From contig NW_027117346.1 of NCBI RefSeq assembly GCF_038025025.1, positions 1,612,001-1,676,000 on the forward strand: 64,000 bases of DNA. Direction: 5' to 3'. How positions within the stretch are numbered: the stretch's first letter is position 1; every line of letters begins with the position of its first letter. The position numbers and the translations under genes are program-made. The notes beneath the pieces were generated by a model. The model did not search any database and was not told where the DNA came from. It worked only from the letters and a program-made list of their open reading frames with translations. The DNA comes from Phyllosticta citribraziliensis. Lineage: Eukaryota. Of the stretch, positions 1 through 13,002 are shown piece after piece.

Positions 1-697
1 GCTTGGGGTTGAACTTGGGTTTCTTGACGACAGGCGCGAAGCCTGCGTCATCGCCCTCGTCGCCACCAAAACTGAGCAGCTGCTTAGCTGCCTTCCTCTT
101 GGTCTTCTTGGGACCCTTTTTCTCCTGCGCCACCGGTTGTGCAATCTGCACCCGCTTGACCATGTCATCGAAGAAATTCACCACAATTTCTGTGTTTATA
201 ATCTTGGTGGGATACAGCGGCCTTTCACTGCCCTCTTCTTCGGTCAGGTCGGCCTCGCCCATCTTCATCAAATTGTAGATGGTGTCGCCCTCGACGCGTC
301 CAAACATTGTATTCTTGCCAGTAAGATCCGGCGTCGCCCCCAGCGTCATGAAGAACTGGCTTCCGTTGTCGTCCTTTTGACCCGTGTTCGCCATTCCCAG
401 GAGACCTCGCCGGTTGAACTTGAGGCGGGAATGGAACTCGTCTGCAAAAGGCTCGCCATCGTAGCTGCTCTCGCCGCCAGATCCCGTGCCCGTCGGATCA
501 CCACCCTGTATGATGAAGCCTGGGACCAGGCGATGGAAGATGGTGTTGTCATAGTAGCCGTCGAGACACAGCTGGAGAAAGTTGCGCGACGTGACGGGGG
601 TCTGTTTGGCGAAGAGCTCGAGGGCAATGTCTCCGGCGGTGGTGTGCAAGATGACCTTGGCCGTGGGCTGCGGCTCCAGGTTATAGACTGAAGACAT
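1..697 (-). CDS. CWC27: Cyclophilin-type PPIase, spliceosome-associated CWC27 (3' end runs off the window)
   Basis: Minus-strand ATG at 697 translates as MSSVYNLEPQPTAKVILHTTAGDIALELFAKQTPVTSRNFLQLCLDGYYDNTIFHRLVPGFIIQGGDPTGTGSGGES, the characteristic Cwc27 N-terminus plus cyclophilin motifs. This frame is absent from the ORF track because no stop lies inside the window. Confidence 0.9.
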   Translation of the reverse strand, partial: MSSVYNLEPQPTAKVILHTTAGDIALELFAKQTPVTSRNFLQLCLDGYYDNTIFHRLVPGFIIQGGDPTGTGSGGESSYDGEPFADEFHSRLKFNRRGLLGMANTGQKDDNGSQFFMTLGATPDLTGKNTMFGRVEGDTIYNLMKMGEADLTEEEGSERPLYPTKIINTEIVVNFFDDMVKRVQIAQPVAQEKKGPKKTKRKAAKQLLSFGGDEGDDAGFAPVVKKPKFNPK

Positions 698-1038
698 GGC
701 GGGGGGCGCGGGACCGGAGCGCTGACGCTGGTGGACCGAGGAGTGGTGGTGAATCGCGGTAGGATTGCTGGCGTTGAGGCGCGAGGGCGCGTGGGAGTCG
801 AAAGCGAGCGCAGGTGTTGGCGGGGAATAAACACATGGCCGCCGACACCGGTTATTCTCCGAAAAAACGCGGTCACTATATTCACCGCCCATGTCCGTGC
901 GTGCTCCGGTGCGAGGACGTCACTGGCCTCCCGTGGGACACAAAGTAAACTCCCACCACGCCTGTTCTCTTTCTCTTAAACCCCCCAGGATGCGGTGAAT
1001 CCAGAGCCTCTTTGACCAGCAGCTTCACCACCCCCACC

Positions 1039-3107
1039 ATGCTGCCCTACATCAACCTCCGTACGCCACAGCTTCCAAAGCCTCGCTCTCAGCCGGAAAA
1101 GCTACTAACCTTCTGGTCTAGCTTTCGAGTACGTTGCAAACGTGCTGGGAGCTTCTACCGACGAGCGTGCGCCCCTCCGCCCCTTTCAAAAACATGTTTG
1201 TCTGCTAACTCGCGCAGTCAAGCTCATCGCATCCTTTCTACTCGCCTATCCGCTCGCTGGTGTTCTTAAGCGCATACCAGATTCGAAACCATGGCAGAAG
1301 AACCTCTTTATAATAACGTGCGTCTTTTCCGGGCGTGCATGTGCGAGAGACGGGTGCTGAGTTTACAAGGGTCGCGCTATTCTACCTCGTCGGCCTGTTC
1401 GACCTTTGGACAGGTCTGCGGACGCTCTTCATCAGCTCCGCGGGGGCCTATGCTATTGCAAGATACGTTGATGGCCCATTTATGCCTTGGATTGGCTTCG
1501 TGTTCCTCATGGGCCACATGTCCGTCAACCACCTCGACAGACAATTTCGGAACGCGCCAGACACGGTCGACATTACTGGAGCACAAATGGTCCTGGTCAT
1601 GAAGCTGACTGCTTTTTGCTGGAATGTCCATGATGGTCGGCTGCCAGAGAGCGAGCTCTCAGACTACCAAAAGGAGCGCGCCATACGCGAATTCCCGTCG
1701 CTGGTAGACTATGCCGGATACGTGCTCTTCTTCCCGTCTCTGTTCGCAGGTCCTGCTTTCGACTTTGTCGACTACCGCCAGTGGCTCACGACGAGCATGT
1801 TCAAATTGCCGCCTGGAGTTGACCCGACTCATGCTCCGCCAACCCGCAAGCAGCGCAAGATTCCTCGTAGTGGTACGCCGGCTACATGGAAGGCCATCTA
1901 TGGTCTCATCTGGATCTTTGCATTTCTCAAGTTTTCCGCATGGTACTACCCTGAAATGCTACTCAGCGACGAGTACATGAAACACAACTTCTTCAAGCGT
2001 GTATTCCAGCTCCACATGCTGGGTCTCACAACTCGCATGAAATACTATGGAGTCTGGCTGTTGACCGAGGGAGCCTGTATACTCAGTGGTATTGGATACA
2101 AGGGAGTAGACCCCAAGACTGGCCGCGTCAACTGGAATAGGCTCCAGAACGTCAAGCCTCTTGGAATCGAGCTTGCTCAAAACACCCATGCGTATTTGGG
2201 CAACTGGAACGTTAACACCAACCTGTGGCTCAAGAACTACATGTACTTGCGCGTTACTCCTAAGGGGAAGAAGCCTGGCTTCCGCGCAACCCTGGCGACA
2301 TTTGTCACTTCGGCCTTTTGGCATGGCTTTTATCCTGGATACTACATGGCCTTTGTTCTTGCAAGCTTCCTGCAAACTATTGCAAAGCGCAAGTTTCCGC
2401 CGATCCCTTTGAAATGGCAACGTGCTAACATGACTGTAGATGGACGTCGTCTCCTCCGTCCCTTCTTCCTCACACCCGACGGCCAACGCCCGCTACCCAA
2501 CAAAATCTACTACGACCTCTTCACCTGGCTCGTGACGCAGCTCGCCTTTTCCTACACCGTCGCCCCGTTTATCCTTCTCAGCTTTTCCGACTCCTTCCTT
2601 GTCTGGAAGCGCGTCTACTTTTATACCATTGTCGGTGTGGGACTCTGCTTCGGCTTCCTCAACAGCTCCGGCAAGGCCATTCTGCAAAAGAAGCTCAGGC
2701 AACGCGCCGCAAAGGGCCAGTCCGCCGGTCCGGGTGTGGGCGCCAAGGCACCCGAACGCGCCACCGCTTCCGGCGGCTCTGCTGCCCTGTCGCCCGAGAA
2801 GCTCAAGCAACGCAAGACGACGCCGGCGTCGTTCACGGCAGACGACTTGCTCGAGGAGAAGATTCTCGGCGAGGCTCTGGGTGCCAAGCCGGGCCTCAGC
2901 CGCAACACCAGCACCGAGAGCTTCGGTGGTATCAACAGGCAAGAGACGTACCTCGGTCTTCCCGACGACCCGGAGAAGGAGGTGCAGGACGCCATTGATG
3001 AGGCCAAGGCTGAGATTCAGCGGAGGAAGGCGTCTGGCGAGGGACCGCCTGGCGTGGCCGAGGTAAGGGAGTGGGTCGAGGAGAAGATGAAGGGGAAGAA
3101 GCATTAG
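1039..3107 (+). CDS. ALE1: MBOAT lysophospholipid acyltransferase (Ale1/LPCAT-like), multi-exon
   Basis: ATG at 1039 (MLPYINL), then short introns near 1061-1121, 1167-1217 and 1318-1368. The main ORF has MBOAT motifs DITGAQMVLVMKL, WNVNTNLWL and SAFWHGFYPGYY. Probable GC-AG intron at 2389-2439. Confidence 0.9.
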
Positions 3108-4304
3108 GTGGCATTCAAGAGAGTTGTGTAAAGACAGACAGGTGGTGGATGGTAAAGGAAGTTGTCGATGGGGCTGGGTAATAGCAATTTTTGCCGCCTC
3201 ACTCTTTGCCCGCGTTCCAGTCAAAATGTCCGAGGAGTAAGTGGGTGATGTTTTGTTTCGTTGTCTTTGGTCGAGTCTTGGTGGTTGGAAACCGTGGTTG
3301 GTCGGGTTGGTAAGTCTGTCTGTTTTTCACCTTGTGCATACATGTAGCCAAATCAACAATCATCAAACCATTGCCCCCTCTGGCATGCAATGATGTTTGT
3401 ATCAAAAGCAAAGCAAAGCTCGACGTCTCTCCAAGTTCTCTCCAAGGTGCTCCTCTTTGCAGAGCTCACGGGTGCATAGTGGGTGTCGAAAGAAATGATA
3501 CGACTTGGCACTATGGCCGCATCTGGGGAGCATCCATTCTGCGTTACAGCTACCGTGTTCAAGAAGCAGTCATCTGCAATGTTGATTACGCCTACATAGG
3601 GAGCTGTCGTGAAGTATAACGGTCAGACCCAGGCTGTCCTATTTCTTTCGACACCTGCTGTTCTGTCGCATGTGAGAGCACGTTTACAAGTGGAAATCCG
3701 CTTCTGACGCAAGAGATGAGCGAAGATAGAATGAGAAGGAGCTAGAAAGCGGGAATCGCCCAGCACAGCTCGCGGTGCGTGCTTAGGTAGCGTTGATGCC
3801 TCCAGGCCATCACTGGGCCTGCGATTCGTCCCCCTTGCGAGTCAAGTAGATGGTCAAAGCGGGATGTCGGGAATAGCTATACAAGAGGCACGCCGCTTCG
3901 CATAGAGCCCAATATTGTCCAGCACTGGAAAGCACAGCGTGGCTGGTGCCCTTGCTGCTCCTTGAAATGCCGCTGATTTGGTGGGCTGGAGAGGAAGGTT
4001 TGAGCGGTGGGTCCACTCTCTTCTGTTAAACTGTTGTGTTTTTGCCCTCTGTTGATAGCATTGTTTGATGTTGAAGCATGCCGACGTCAAAATACTAGCT
4101 GCATGCCGTTGGCGAGCATGTTGGTCCTCAAGCACCGGTGACGAGTACTTGAGTTCCCAGTTCTGGAAAAGTCCAAAAAGAGTTCGCCAGCATCACCCTG
4201 ATGATGCTTGGTTTCTCCCCCCTCATCATCACCACGTCCCGTAGTGGACCCACAAAAGAGCAAAAAGTAATCGATAATCCGCGCTGAGCGCGGAAGCACC
4301 ATGC

Positions 4305-4429
4305 TGGCGATGCTGGGAATCGAACCCAGGTCGGGTCGGGTTCGTGAACATCCATAGGTTAACAACCAAGCTGGGCTTGGTGTTGTGGACACTCCACAAC
4401 GACACATGCTACCCCTACACCACATCACC
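4305..4429 (-). tRNA. tRNA-His(GTG) with a ~54-nt intron
   Basis: Minus strand: acceptor stem GGTGATG/CATCGCC+A, D arm GTGT-AGGGGTA-GCAT, anticodon arm TGTCG-TT-GTG-G[intron]C-CGACC, T arm CTGGG-TTCGATT-CCCAG. The intron follows position 37 and contains CCACAAC, complementary to the anticodon loop. A T5 Pol III terminator lies ~40 nt downstream (4262-4266). Confidence 0.9.
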
Positions 4430-5413
4430 TGTGGGTTGTATTATGTAATTTGAAAATGCCAAATTTTCATATATCTTGCAAAAGTTGAGCCTGAGAATGC
4501 AGAACGGGAATCGAGTGCGGTGGAGGCCAATGAAAGGGTCAAATGGCGGCTGCTGGTGGTGGCGGCGCAGTGGGAGCTGGCAAAGATCGGACCGTTGCTC
4601 GGTTCGCCTGCGTTGTGGGGTCGGACTGGCTGGATGTCTGGTGCTGGGTTCGGACGGTCGATGACGACAAGAAAGACTTGATTAATCCGCACGGGAATCA
4701 AAGTGTTGTGGAGAGAATATGTCGGGTCGAACCCGCATGATGACTTCTGGACATTTCCTGGTTGTACTGGTACAATGAAACAGGGGTTGTTTTTGTGCGA
4801 CGGAACAGCCGGAAAGTGGCAAAGGAAAGAAAAGGGAGAAGAACGGCCCATTGAATGGATGTGGTAGGTGCAATAGCCAAAAAAGAAAGGCAACGTGGAA
4901 AGGAACATTGGTGAGAGTCCGACGTGTGAAAAGAAAGGTGGATGCGAATGTGGTCACTCTGGTTGAATGGAATGCTCACAATCCCTCCAATCGATTCGAG
5001 ATTCGCCAAAGACTCTTGTGAAGGACCAGAAACAAGATTGCAATTTTGTCTTCAAGGTTGATGAGCAGATGGACGTCGGGAGGCTCTGCAGCCGAACTGA
5101 AGGGACTGGACCGGAGGAGCCGACCAATGCAGGAACACAGCATGCCAGTGACGTCATGACCATCCCAAATGGACTGACAGGAAGACAGGGAGAAGCGGCG
5201 TGTAAGCAGTCTAGCGCCGAGCTGCGGGAGAAACGACGCCCGTCAACCCTAAATCAGACCGTCTCACGATGTGACTTCCAGCCTCAATACCCAGCAAGCC
5301 ACCTTGTTGTCTTGACAGCCAAACCTTCACGGGACGACCCGTCTCCCGCTCACCACCTGCATCCAGCTCCCGCTAGCCTCACCTGCCCCGCTTCTGCTTC
5401 CCAAGCTCCAACC

Positions 5414-6682
5414 ATGGCCTCCATCATCGGTATTATGTCTCAGCCTAGCTCTCCCAGCTCAATTGGGGCCGCACGGTTCCTCAATGGCTGCTAATAGACT
5501 CCCACAGACACAGTAACCAGCGTTGCTGACGCCTACCTCAACCCGCTTCTCGACGGCGGATACATACCCTCGCGCGTCATCCGCATCGGCATCCGATCGC
5601 AGCTGCGCCAGCGGCTCCTCTCGCTCGCGTCGACGACGCTGGCCGCCGACTACGCCCGCAAGATGGAGTACGTGGCGCAGCTGCGGTCGCGGCCGATTGC
5701 CATCGAGACGGCGACGGCCAACACCCAGCACTACGAGGTTGGCACCGGCGTGCTGGCTGCGTGCTTGGGCCCGCGCATGAAATATTCGTGCTGCTTATAC
5801 GAGAAGGGCAGCGAGACTTTGGGCGAGGCTGAAGTGGCCATGATGGGGCTATATGTCAAAAGAGCAGGGATTGGGCCAGGGATGAAGATCCTGGATTTAG
5901 GGTAGGTTTTCCTTTGCCACCTTCTCATCACGCTTTACTTGCTCCTCCCACAATTTCTGCCGACGGTCCTGACGCTTCCAGGTGTGGCTGGGGCTCTGCC
6001 TCTCTTTACTTGGCCGAGGTGTTTCCCACATGCCAAATCACGGCCTTTTCCAACTCGCGCACCCAAAAGGAATACATCGATGCGTGCGCTGTAGAAAAGG
6101 GGCTCAAGAACCTCGAAGTCATCACAGGGGACGTGGTTGACTACGAATTTGAGCCCGAGACATATGACCGTGTCGTGTCAATCGAGCTGTTTGAGCACAT
6201 GAAGAACTACGAGCTGTTGATGGCCAAGGTAGCAAGGACGCTGAAGCCTGGAGGCAAGCTATTCGTGCATATTTTCGCGCACAAGAGCATGCCGTACGAT
6301 TTTGAGAGCGGATGGATGACGGAGCACTTCTTCACTGGCGGAACCATGCCAAGCGCGGACCTTTTGCTGTACTTCCAGCGCGATCTGACTGTCAAGGAAC
6401 AGTGGTGGGTCAATGGGCAGCATTATGCCAAAACATGCGAGGTGCGGCAAATCCCCAATGCGTCGAGAACAGACTGACACTGGACAGGACTGGTTGGCCA
6501 AGATGACAGCCAACAAGAAAGCCATTTGGCCGCATCTGCAAGAGACGTATGGCAAGGAGAACGCGACGACGTGGTTCCATCGCTGGCAGATCTTTTACAT
6601 GGCTTGCGCAGAGTTGTTTGCACACGAGGGCGGCGATACATGGGGAGTGACGCACTACTTGTTCGAAAAGGCCGAGAAGTAA
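5414..6682 (+). CDS. SAM-dependent methyltransferase, CMAS/cyclopropane-synthase superfamily (coclaurine N-methyltransferase-like)
   Basis: Spliced exons give [27 protein letters not shown] (SAM motif I, split by an intron at ~5903-5981), [20 protein letters not shown] and [12 protein letters not shown]. Stop at 6682. Confidence 0.85.
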
Positions 6683-7057
6683 TGGTAGCTACTCGAAAGC
6701 TGCAGATGTCTCGAATAATGTTTAGTAGCTAGATTGAGAGGTGGAATTCGTGGTGTTGTGTTGCCGCCTGATCGATTGAAATAGTTCGTTTTGCGCCAGA
6801 ACACACAATAAGCTCGAATTGATGATGTGCATCGAAAGTTTGATTTCTTTGGTGGATAAAGGGCAATGCTGATCCGCCCGACAGAGCACTGGCACGAGGC
6901 TGGACGACGGAGATCTTGATCTAGGTGCGCAGACGACATGGGAAAAACCACTCTTCTTGATTCGCCAGACACTGTCATTCCAGGAATATATCCATTCGAT
7001 CCCAAAGCGCCGGTTGCAAATGTCACGTCTCTCATGCTCGTCTTCGGCCCGGCTAGT

Positions 7058-7290
7058 TCAATGGTCCCAAGGGTGTTTCCGTCCAAGCAGCACGGCGCCG
7101 TTCTTCTTCCAGCTGTACAAGACCTTTGAGCTGCGTCAGCATTGTTCACGGGTGGGCGTACAAGGCGTACCCAGAACCACATGGCAGCGCCTAGACCAGT
7201 GGCGAAGAAACGGTAGAAAGGACGCGCCGGGTGGACGTGGACGGGGTGGCTGCCGGGGCCACGAGCAGGACCGGGGCCGTGACCAGACAT
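7058..7290 (-). CDS. Small complex I accessory subunit, NDUFB2 (AGGG)-like, 61 aa
   Basis: Two exons (intron ~7124-7170) give MSGHGPGPARGPGSHPVHVHPARPFYRFFATGLGAAMWFWVLYSWKKNGAVLLGRKHPWDH. The single transmembrane segment with MWFW and the terminal HPWDH match fungal NDUFB2-type subunits. Confidence 0.75.
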
Positions 7291-7842
7291 TGTGATGTGG
7301 ATTGCCTGGGCAGTGTCAATTGCGAGTATGCCGATGATCGGAGGGCACGGAGAAGCTCACGATGGAGTTGTCTGGAGCTCGGGAGATGTGCGGAGGTCGA
7401 TGGGAGTGATCTTGAGGAGTGGTCGACGGTCGGCGAGCGGTGGTGGAGCTGGCCCGACGGCCTTGGCGATCGATAACGGTTCAAGGCCGCAGCTAGGAAC
7501 GGCACGATTGACCGTCGAACAACGTACCAACACGCGCCCATCGTCTTGCCCACCCCTCGCTCTCCGGCATTTGCTCGCCATCATCGTTGCCGACACGGAC
7601 TCTATCTCTCCTGGGGGCATGCGCGTTTGAATCGCGCGCACATGGCGCCGGGTCCTCACAGTTTCCGCCACATTAACATTCACTTCACTTGCTGCGCGCC
7701 GCCTACATGTCGCGATTGAAGATCGGTCCGCTCCACCACTCTAAATCTCAACATCTGTCCAGTCTCCTCTGAGTCCGCTCCGTCGAACCTACACTGGCCA
7801 CACATACATATTCACCTCTCCACACTCCTGCTGCCGCGCAGC

Positions 7843-9956
7843 ATGGCAACTCCATCAACAGTGCCCGCGCCGGGCCTGGTCCATCGCAAGTTCCAGGGTT
7901 GCTCAAAAATTGGCGATTATGAGGTCATGGGCAAGCTCGGCGAGGGAACCTTTGGGTCAGTCTACGCTCGGCCCTGAGCCGCTCTGAGAAAGTTGTACTG
8001 ACTGGTTTCAGTGAGGTTCACAAGGCGCGATCGCGACGAACGAGCGCCATTGTTGCGCTCAAGAAGATTCTCATGCACAACGAAAAGGATGGCGTAAGTT
8101 TGTGCCAAATCTTCCTTGGGCTTTTACTGATGGTGCTGCAGTTTCCCATCACTGCCCTCCGTGAGATCAAGCTGCTGAAGCTGCTGAGCCATCCCAACGT
8201 TCTGAAACTCGAAGAAATGGCCGTCGAGAGAAGCAAAGGTACCGAGCGGTCCGTTCTGGTATCACCAGAAAGAGGCTTACAATGTAATGTGTCAGGCGAA
8301 GGTCGCAAGCGGGCGATTCTCTACATGGTCACGCCGTACATGGACCACGACCTTTCGGGTCTGCTCGACAACCCCGAAGTGCGCTTCGTCGAGCCGCAAA
8401 TCAAGTGCTACATGCTGCAGCTGTTGGAGGGCCTCAGGTATCTACATGACGTATGTCACCCAAGCCACGGATTCGTAACAAAAACTTTAACACTCACCTG
8501 CTACAGAATCAGATTCTGCACCGTGATATGAAAGGTGAGTTCACCTGAGCGCGCCTATGCGCAACATTGCTGACGCTAGTAGCCGCCAACTTATTGATTA
8601 ACAACCGTGGAGTCTTGCAAATTGCCGACTTTGGTCTTGCGCGTCACTACGATGAGCCCGTGCCGCAGGCAGGCAAAGGTTGTGGTGAAGCTCAGAGAGA
8701 CTACACCGCTCTTGTAGTGACGCGTTGGTACCGCCCACCGGAGTTGCTTCTCCAGCTGCGGCGCTACACCCCTGCCATTGACATGTGGGGAGCTGGGTAA
8801 GATGCTCGACACGCCGCTTCTCAGACATGTCTAACCTGGCGTAGTTGCGTGTTTGGAGAGATGTTCAAACGAAAACCGATCCTGGCCGGAAACAGTGACA
8901 TCAATCAAGCCCAGATCATCTTTGATTTGGTCGGATCGCCCAACGAGGACAACATGCCCGGCTGGAGCCAGCTGCCTGGATGCGATGGCGTCAAACAGTT
9001 TGCCCCACGTAAGGGCAATCTCCAGAGCGTTTTCCGAGAGTTCGTGTAACCATCTTGGTGAAGACATGGGCGTAGCTAACTTTTTGTTCAGCCAAGATCC
9101 CCTGGCAATCTCGCTTCTCAACGACCTATTGAAACTCGACTGGAGAAAGCGACTTAATGCTATTGACGCGCTAAACCACCCATACTTTAAAGCGCGACCC
9201 CTGCCGGCAAAGCCGGAAGATTTGCCTCGCTTCGCAGACTCTCATGAGCTTGATCGCAGAACCGCCCGGGGCAAGCAACAAGCACTACCACCAGCACCGG
9301 CAGGCGGCACAGTCGGCATGGGACCTAATCCCAACGGCGAATGGCCCGTCGGCCCGCCAAATGGAGCAGCTTTCGCGAACGGCGACCGTTATCCTCCGCG
9401 CGATAGAGGACCGCCAGGCACTGGTTCGATAGGTCATCATTACCGCGGAAGCTATGACGGTCGGGTTCCACCACCACCAGGACCTTATGATCACCGAGGG
9501 CCTCCGCCAGATCGAAGAAGGCCGTGGGACAGTGACAGTCGCCGAGGCAACATGCCTTACGGTCCTCCGCCAAATGCGAGACTGCCACCTCCGCCTCCCG
9601 AGGGCAGCATGCATCCTCTTCCACACCCTCCGTCAAATCGGCCGTATTCTGGTGCTCGGCGTGGGGTCGGAAACGCCAACGTGGACACTTACATTCCCAG
9701 CTATGCTGATGGCGGCCGGCGCAACAGCACCGACCGAGGGTCTACGGAACGAGAAGATCATCGCAGTTCTCGCGATCGGAGCAGACCGCCGTCCAGAGAC
9801 GATCGTCGAGGATTTCGGGAGCGCGACTGGAGCCTCGACTACGAAGAGGGGTCGCACCGCCGGACGCGTAGCAGGAGTCCGGTGAGCAGTGAAGCTCACG
9901 AGCGACGCGAGCGAGAACGGAGGGACCGGGACAGAGAGATTTACAGCAGGAGATAG
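7843..9956 (+). CDS. BUR1: Cyclin-dependent kinase Bur1/Sgv1 (CDK9 family), multi-exon
   Basis: [66 protein letters not shown] and SHELDRR, followed by a Pro/Arg-rich C-terminal tail. Confidence 0.92.
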
Positions 9957-10436
9957 GAGCCATTGACGAAAAAGGATTGGACGTGTTGGTCAGATTTTTC
10001 CGTCATGAGAGGCTACCGCATAAGCCTCTGGCGTTTTTGATTGGAGCATTTGGGGTTTCTTTGCAGGGTTTGATCGGTATGCATAGCGTGGCGCATTTTT
10101 GCGGATAAAGGCTTGATGGAATTGGGGGGAGGAGGTATAGGGAGAGGGATCACGAGAGGACCTATACCCACGAGGACTGTAGCGTAAGGTAGAAGAGAGC
10201 GACAAGCAAACATCAAGATTGCAGAAGATCCACATTGGTGACTTTCCATCGACCTACGTCAGGAACAGGAACAGGACAGAGCGGGACGGGAACAAAGGAA
10301 CCAGGATGGGTGGGGCGGTGGCAGAAAAATGACTGAGGGACAATATGACGGCCACTCAGGGTTTGTCGATTCCTTTATGCGCCCCGCCGCCGCCGAACTC
10401 GGTCCACGTCTTTGGGTCCCCACGCTGTCTTGCCTG

Positions 10437-10443
10437 TGACTCT
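10437..10443 (+). promoter_or_regulatory. Candidate Gcn4/CpcA (cross-pathway control) site TGACTC
   Basis: TGACTCT ~100 nt upstream of the aspartate kinase ATG. Amino-acid biosynthesis genes are known Gcn4/CpcA targets, but a 6-mer can occur by chance. Confidence 0.35.
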
Positions 10444-10537
10444 TCTTTTAACCATCGCCCGACTCTCACGACAGCACCCCCACTGCACCCATTGCGCCCT
10501 TAAATCCACCCGCGCCCCGCCCAACTCCTCGTCCACA

Positions 10538-12268
10538 ATGAACGGCACAATGATCAACGGCACTTCGAGAATAAATCACACCGAGGAGAAGGACCTGCCC
10601 GGCGGCTGGGTCGTGTTGAAATTCGGCGGAACGAGCGTCGGCAAGTTTGCCGTCAACATAGCAGAGATTGTCAAGTGAGCCTGCTCTCCCTCATTCCTTC
10701 TGAGCTGTCCTGCTAATCGCTGCTTGAAGGGCAGGTCTTGAGAACAACCGCGTTGCAATCGTCTGCTCCGCCCGCAGCAACAATACGAAGCTCGAGGGCA
10801 CCACCAACCGGTACCACCACCACCATCCGCGCAGTGTAACCCAAGGCGTCGCTGACTATTCAGGCTGATCCGCTCCGCACGCGAGGCTGAGATCCCCGGT
10901 TCCAGAGGCTACATCGAAATCGTCGAGGCCATCCGCACCGACCACATTCAGGCCGCCGCCGACACCATCAAGACGCCCGAGATCCTCGAGCAATTTACGA
11001 AGGATGTCAACGAAGAATGCAGCACGCTTGTCAAGATTCTCGAGTCTGCCCAGCACCTCGAGGAGGTCAGCATCAGGGTCGAGGACAAGATCATCAGCAA
11101 GGGCGAGAAGCTGAGCTGTCGCTACATGGCTGCGTTGCTCGAAGAGATGGGCGTCCCGGCCCAGTATGTCGACCTCTCGCAAGTCTTGAGGGGCACTCCC
11201 AGCCAAAAGGCGTTGGACGAGACCTTTTACGCCGGACTGGCCACTACCCTGGGCGACGAGCTGCGCTCCTGCGGCAACAAGGTCCCCGTCGTGACGGGAT
11301 ACTTTGGCAATGTCCCTGGAGGCATTTTGAATGCTGTCGGACGTGGCTACACTGATCTTTGTGCGGCCCTCTGCGCCGTTGGCACTCGTGCGCAAGAGCT
11401 CCAGATTTGGAAGGAGGTCGACGGCATCTTTACAGCGGACCCCCGCAAGGTCCCTACTGCGGCGCTCTTGTCGTCCGTCACGCCCTCTGAAGCGGCCGAG
11501 CTGACCTTTTATGGCTCTGAGGTTATCCACCCCTTTACCATGGAACAGGTCATCCGGGCCCGCATTCCCATCCGGATCAAGAACGTCATGAACCCGCGCA
11601 ACGCTGGGACCATCATCTTCCCGGACACGGAGGATGAGCTTGACCCCAAGGCTCCTCTCCACGACCCCAAGCTGTTCCGCACCCGTTCCACCGTCAATGT
11701 ACAGGCCGTCAAGGGTCCCAAGCGTCCTACGGCTGTTACCATCAAGCGTGGCATTGTGGTGTTGAACGTGCACAGCAACAAGCGCACCCGCGCTCCCGGC
11801 TTTCTCCGCAACATCTTTTCCATCCTGGACAAGTGGAACATGTCAGTCGACCTCATATCGTCGTCCGAGGTCCACGTGTCGCTGGTGCTGCACTCGGAGT
11901 TGAGCATGCTGAGCTACGGCACCGACGAGGAATACCACATCCAGGATGAGGACCTCCGCGGCTGCGTCGTCGACCTGAGCGACATTGGAACCATTGACTT
12001 GGTGCCCAACATGGCCATTGTGAGCTTGGTTGGTAAGCAGCTAAAGAACATGGTTGGCATCAGTGGACGCTTCTTCAGCGTGCTGGGTGAGAACAACGTC
12101 AACATTGAGATGATTTCCCAAGGTAGGTGCCACGCTTGATTGATTTGATCCTAGACTTACTGTTGAATAGGTGCCAGCGAGATCAACATCTCGTGCGTCA
12201 TTGAAGAGAGGGACGCCGACCGCGCCCTGAACGTTGTACATACGAACCTTTTTACGTTTCTAGACTAG
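10538..12268 (+). CDS. HOM3: Aspartate kinase
   Basis: WVVLKFGGTSVGKF, SKGEKLS, GRGYTDLCAAL, WKEVDGIFTADPRKV, ELTFYGSEVIHP and ACT domains ending ISQGASEINISCVI. Three introns; stop at 12268. Confidence 0.95.
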
Positions 12269-13002
12269 ATGAGCGAGTAGCATGAGCGGGCGTTTGTGTT
12301 GGGTACAGCTTGTCATTTCCACGCGCCATACTCACGAGAGACGTAAGTAAGCAGAAGAGACAGCAGGGGATAGACGTCGAGACACCACAAGTACCCCGCA
12401 GGCATTCACACCTGCAAGTTGTTCGGGCATTTACAAATGGTGGTAAGCACGTTGGATTGTGCTGGATTGGATTTCGGTGGATACTGTCAAAAGTCAGTCT
12501 GATAGAGCCGCTTTCGGGCAATATTTTGCATAGACCAAATCAAATTGTGTATCTAAGGGTGCAGTGCTCTGCGTGCAACTGTAAGAGCAAGGAAGAGAAA
12601 TGGTCAAGGCGGTAGGGTAGGTATGGCCTTTGGATGGCATAAAATAAACTCTGACCTAGGACGGGCAGACTTGGATCTTCGAAGAGAAATCAAGCCAGAG
12701 TCGACGGACTGTGGCTGCGTGGCGCTTGCCTTGGTGGTCTGCTTGCCTCTTGCCCCTTGCCATTGGCAATTCGCACACCCACCGATGCTGACCTCGACAC
12801 AAATAATTAACACAACACGACTCATCCAGATCCACAACTCGCGCATGCTCGTCTCGTCGTGGAATTTCTCAAGTCCTTTGGCTCTGCCCACGTCCCAACA
12901 CACGCCTTCGCATTTTTCATTCATACACCCTCGTTTCCCTCAACACCACGCTACCTTGACGCTCAGCTTCAGCACTGCCGTCCGTTTGACCCTACCGCGA
13001 AG

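Noticed and set aside
4715..4760. GGTTCGA-like motif (minus strand) and ATGATGA as a second tRNA or a C/D snoRNA
   Set aside because: No cloverleaf, and no matching D box or terminal stem was found.
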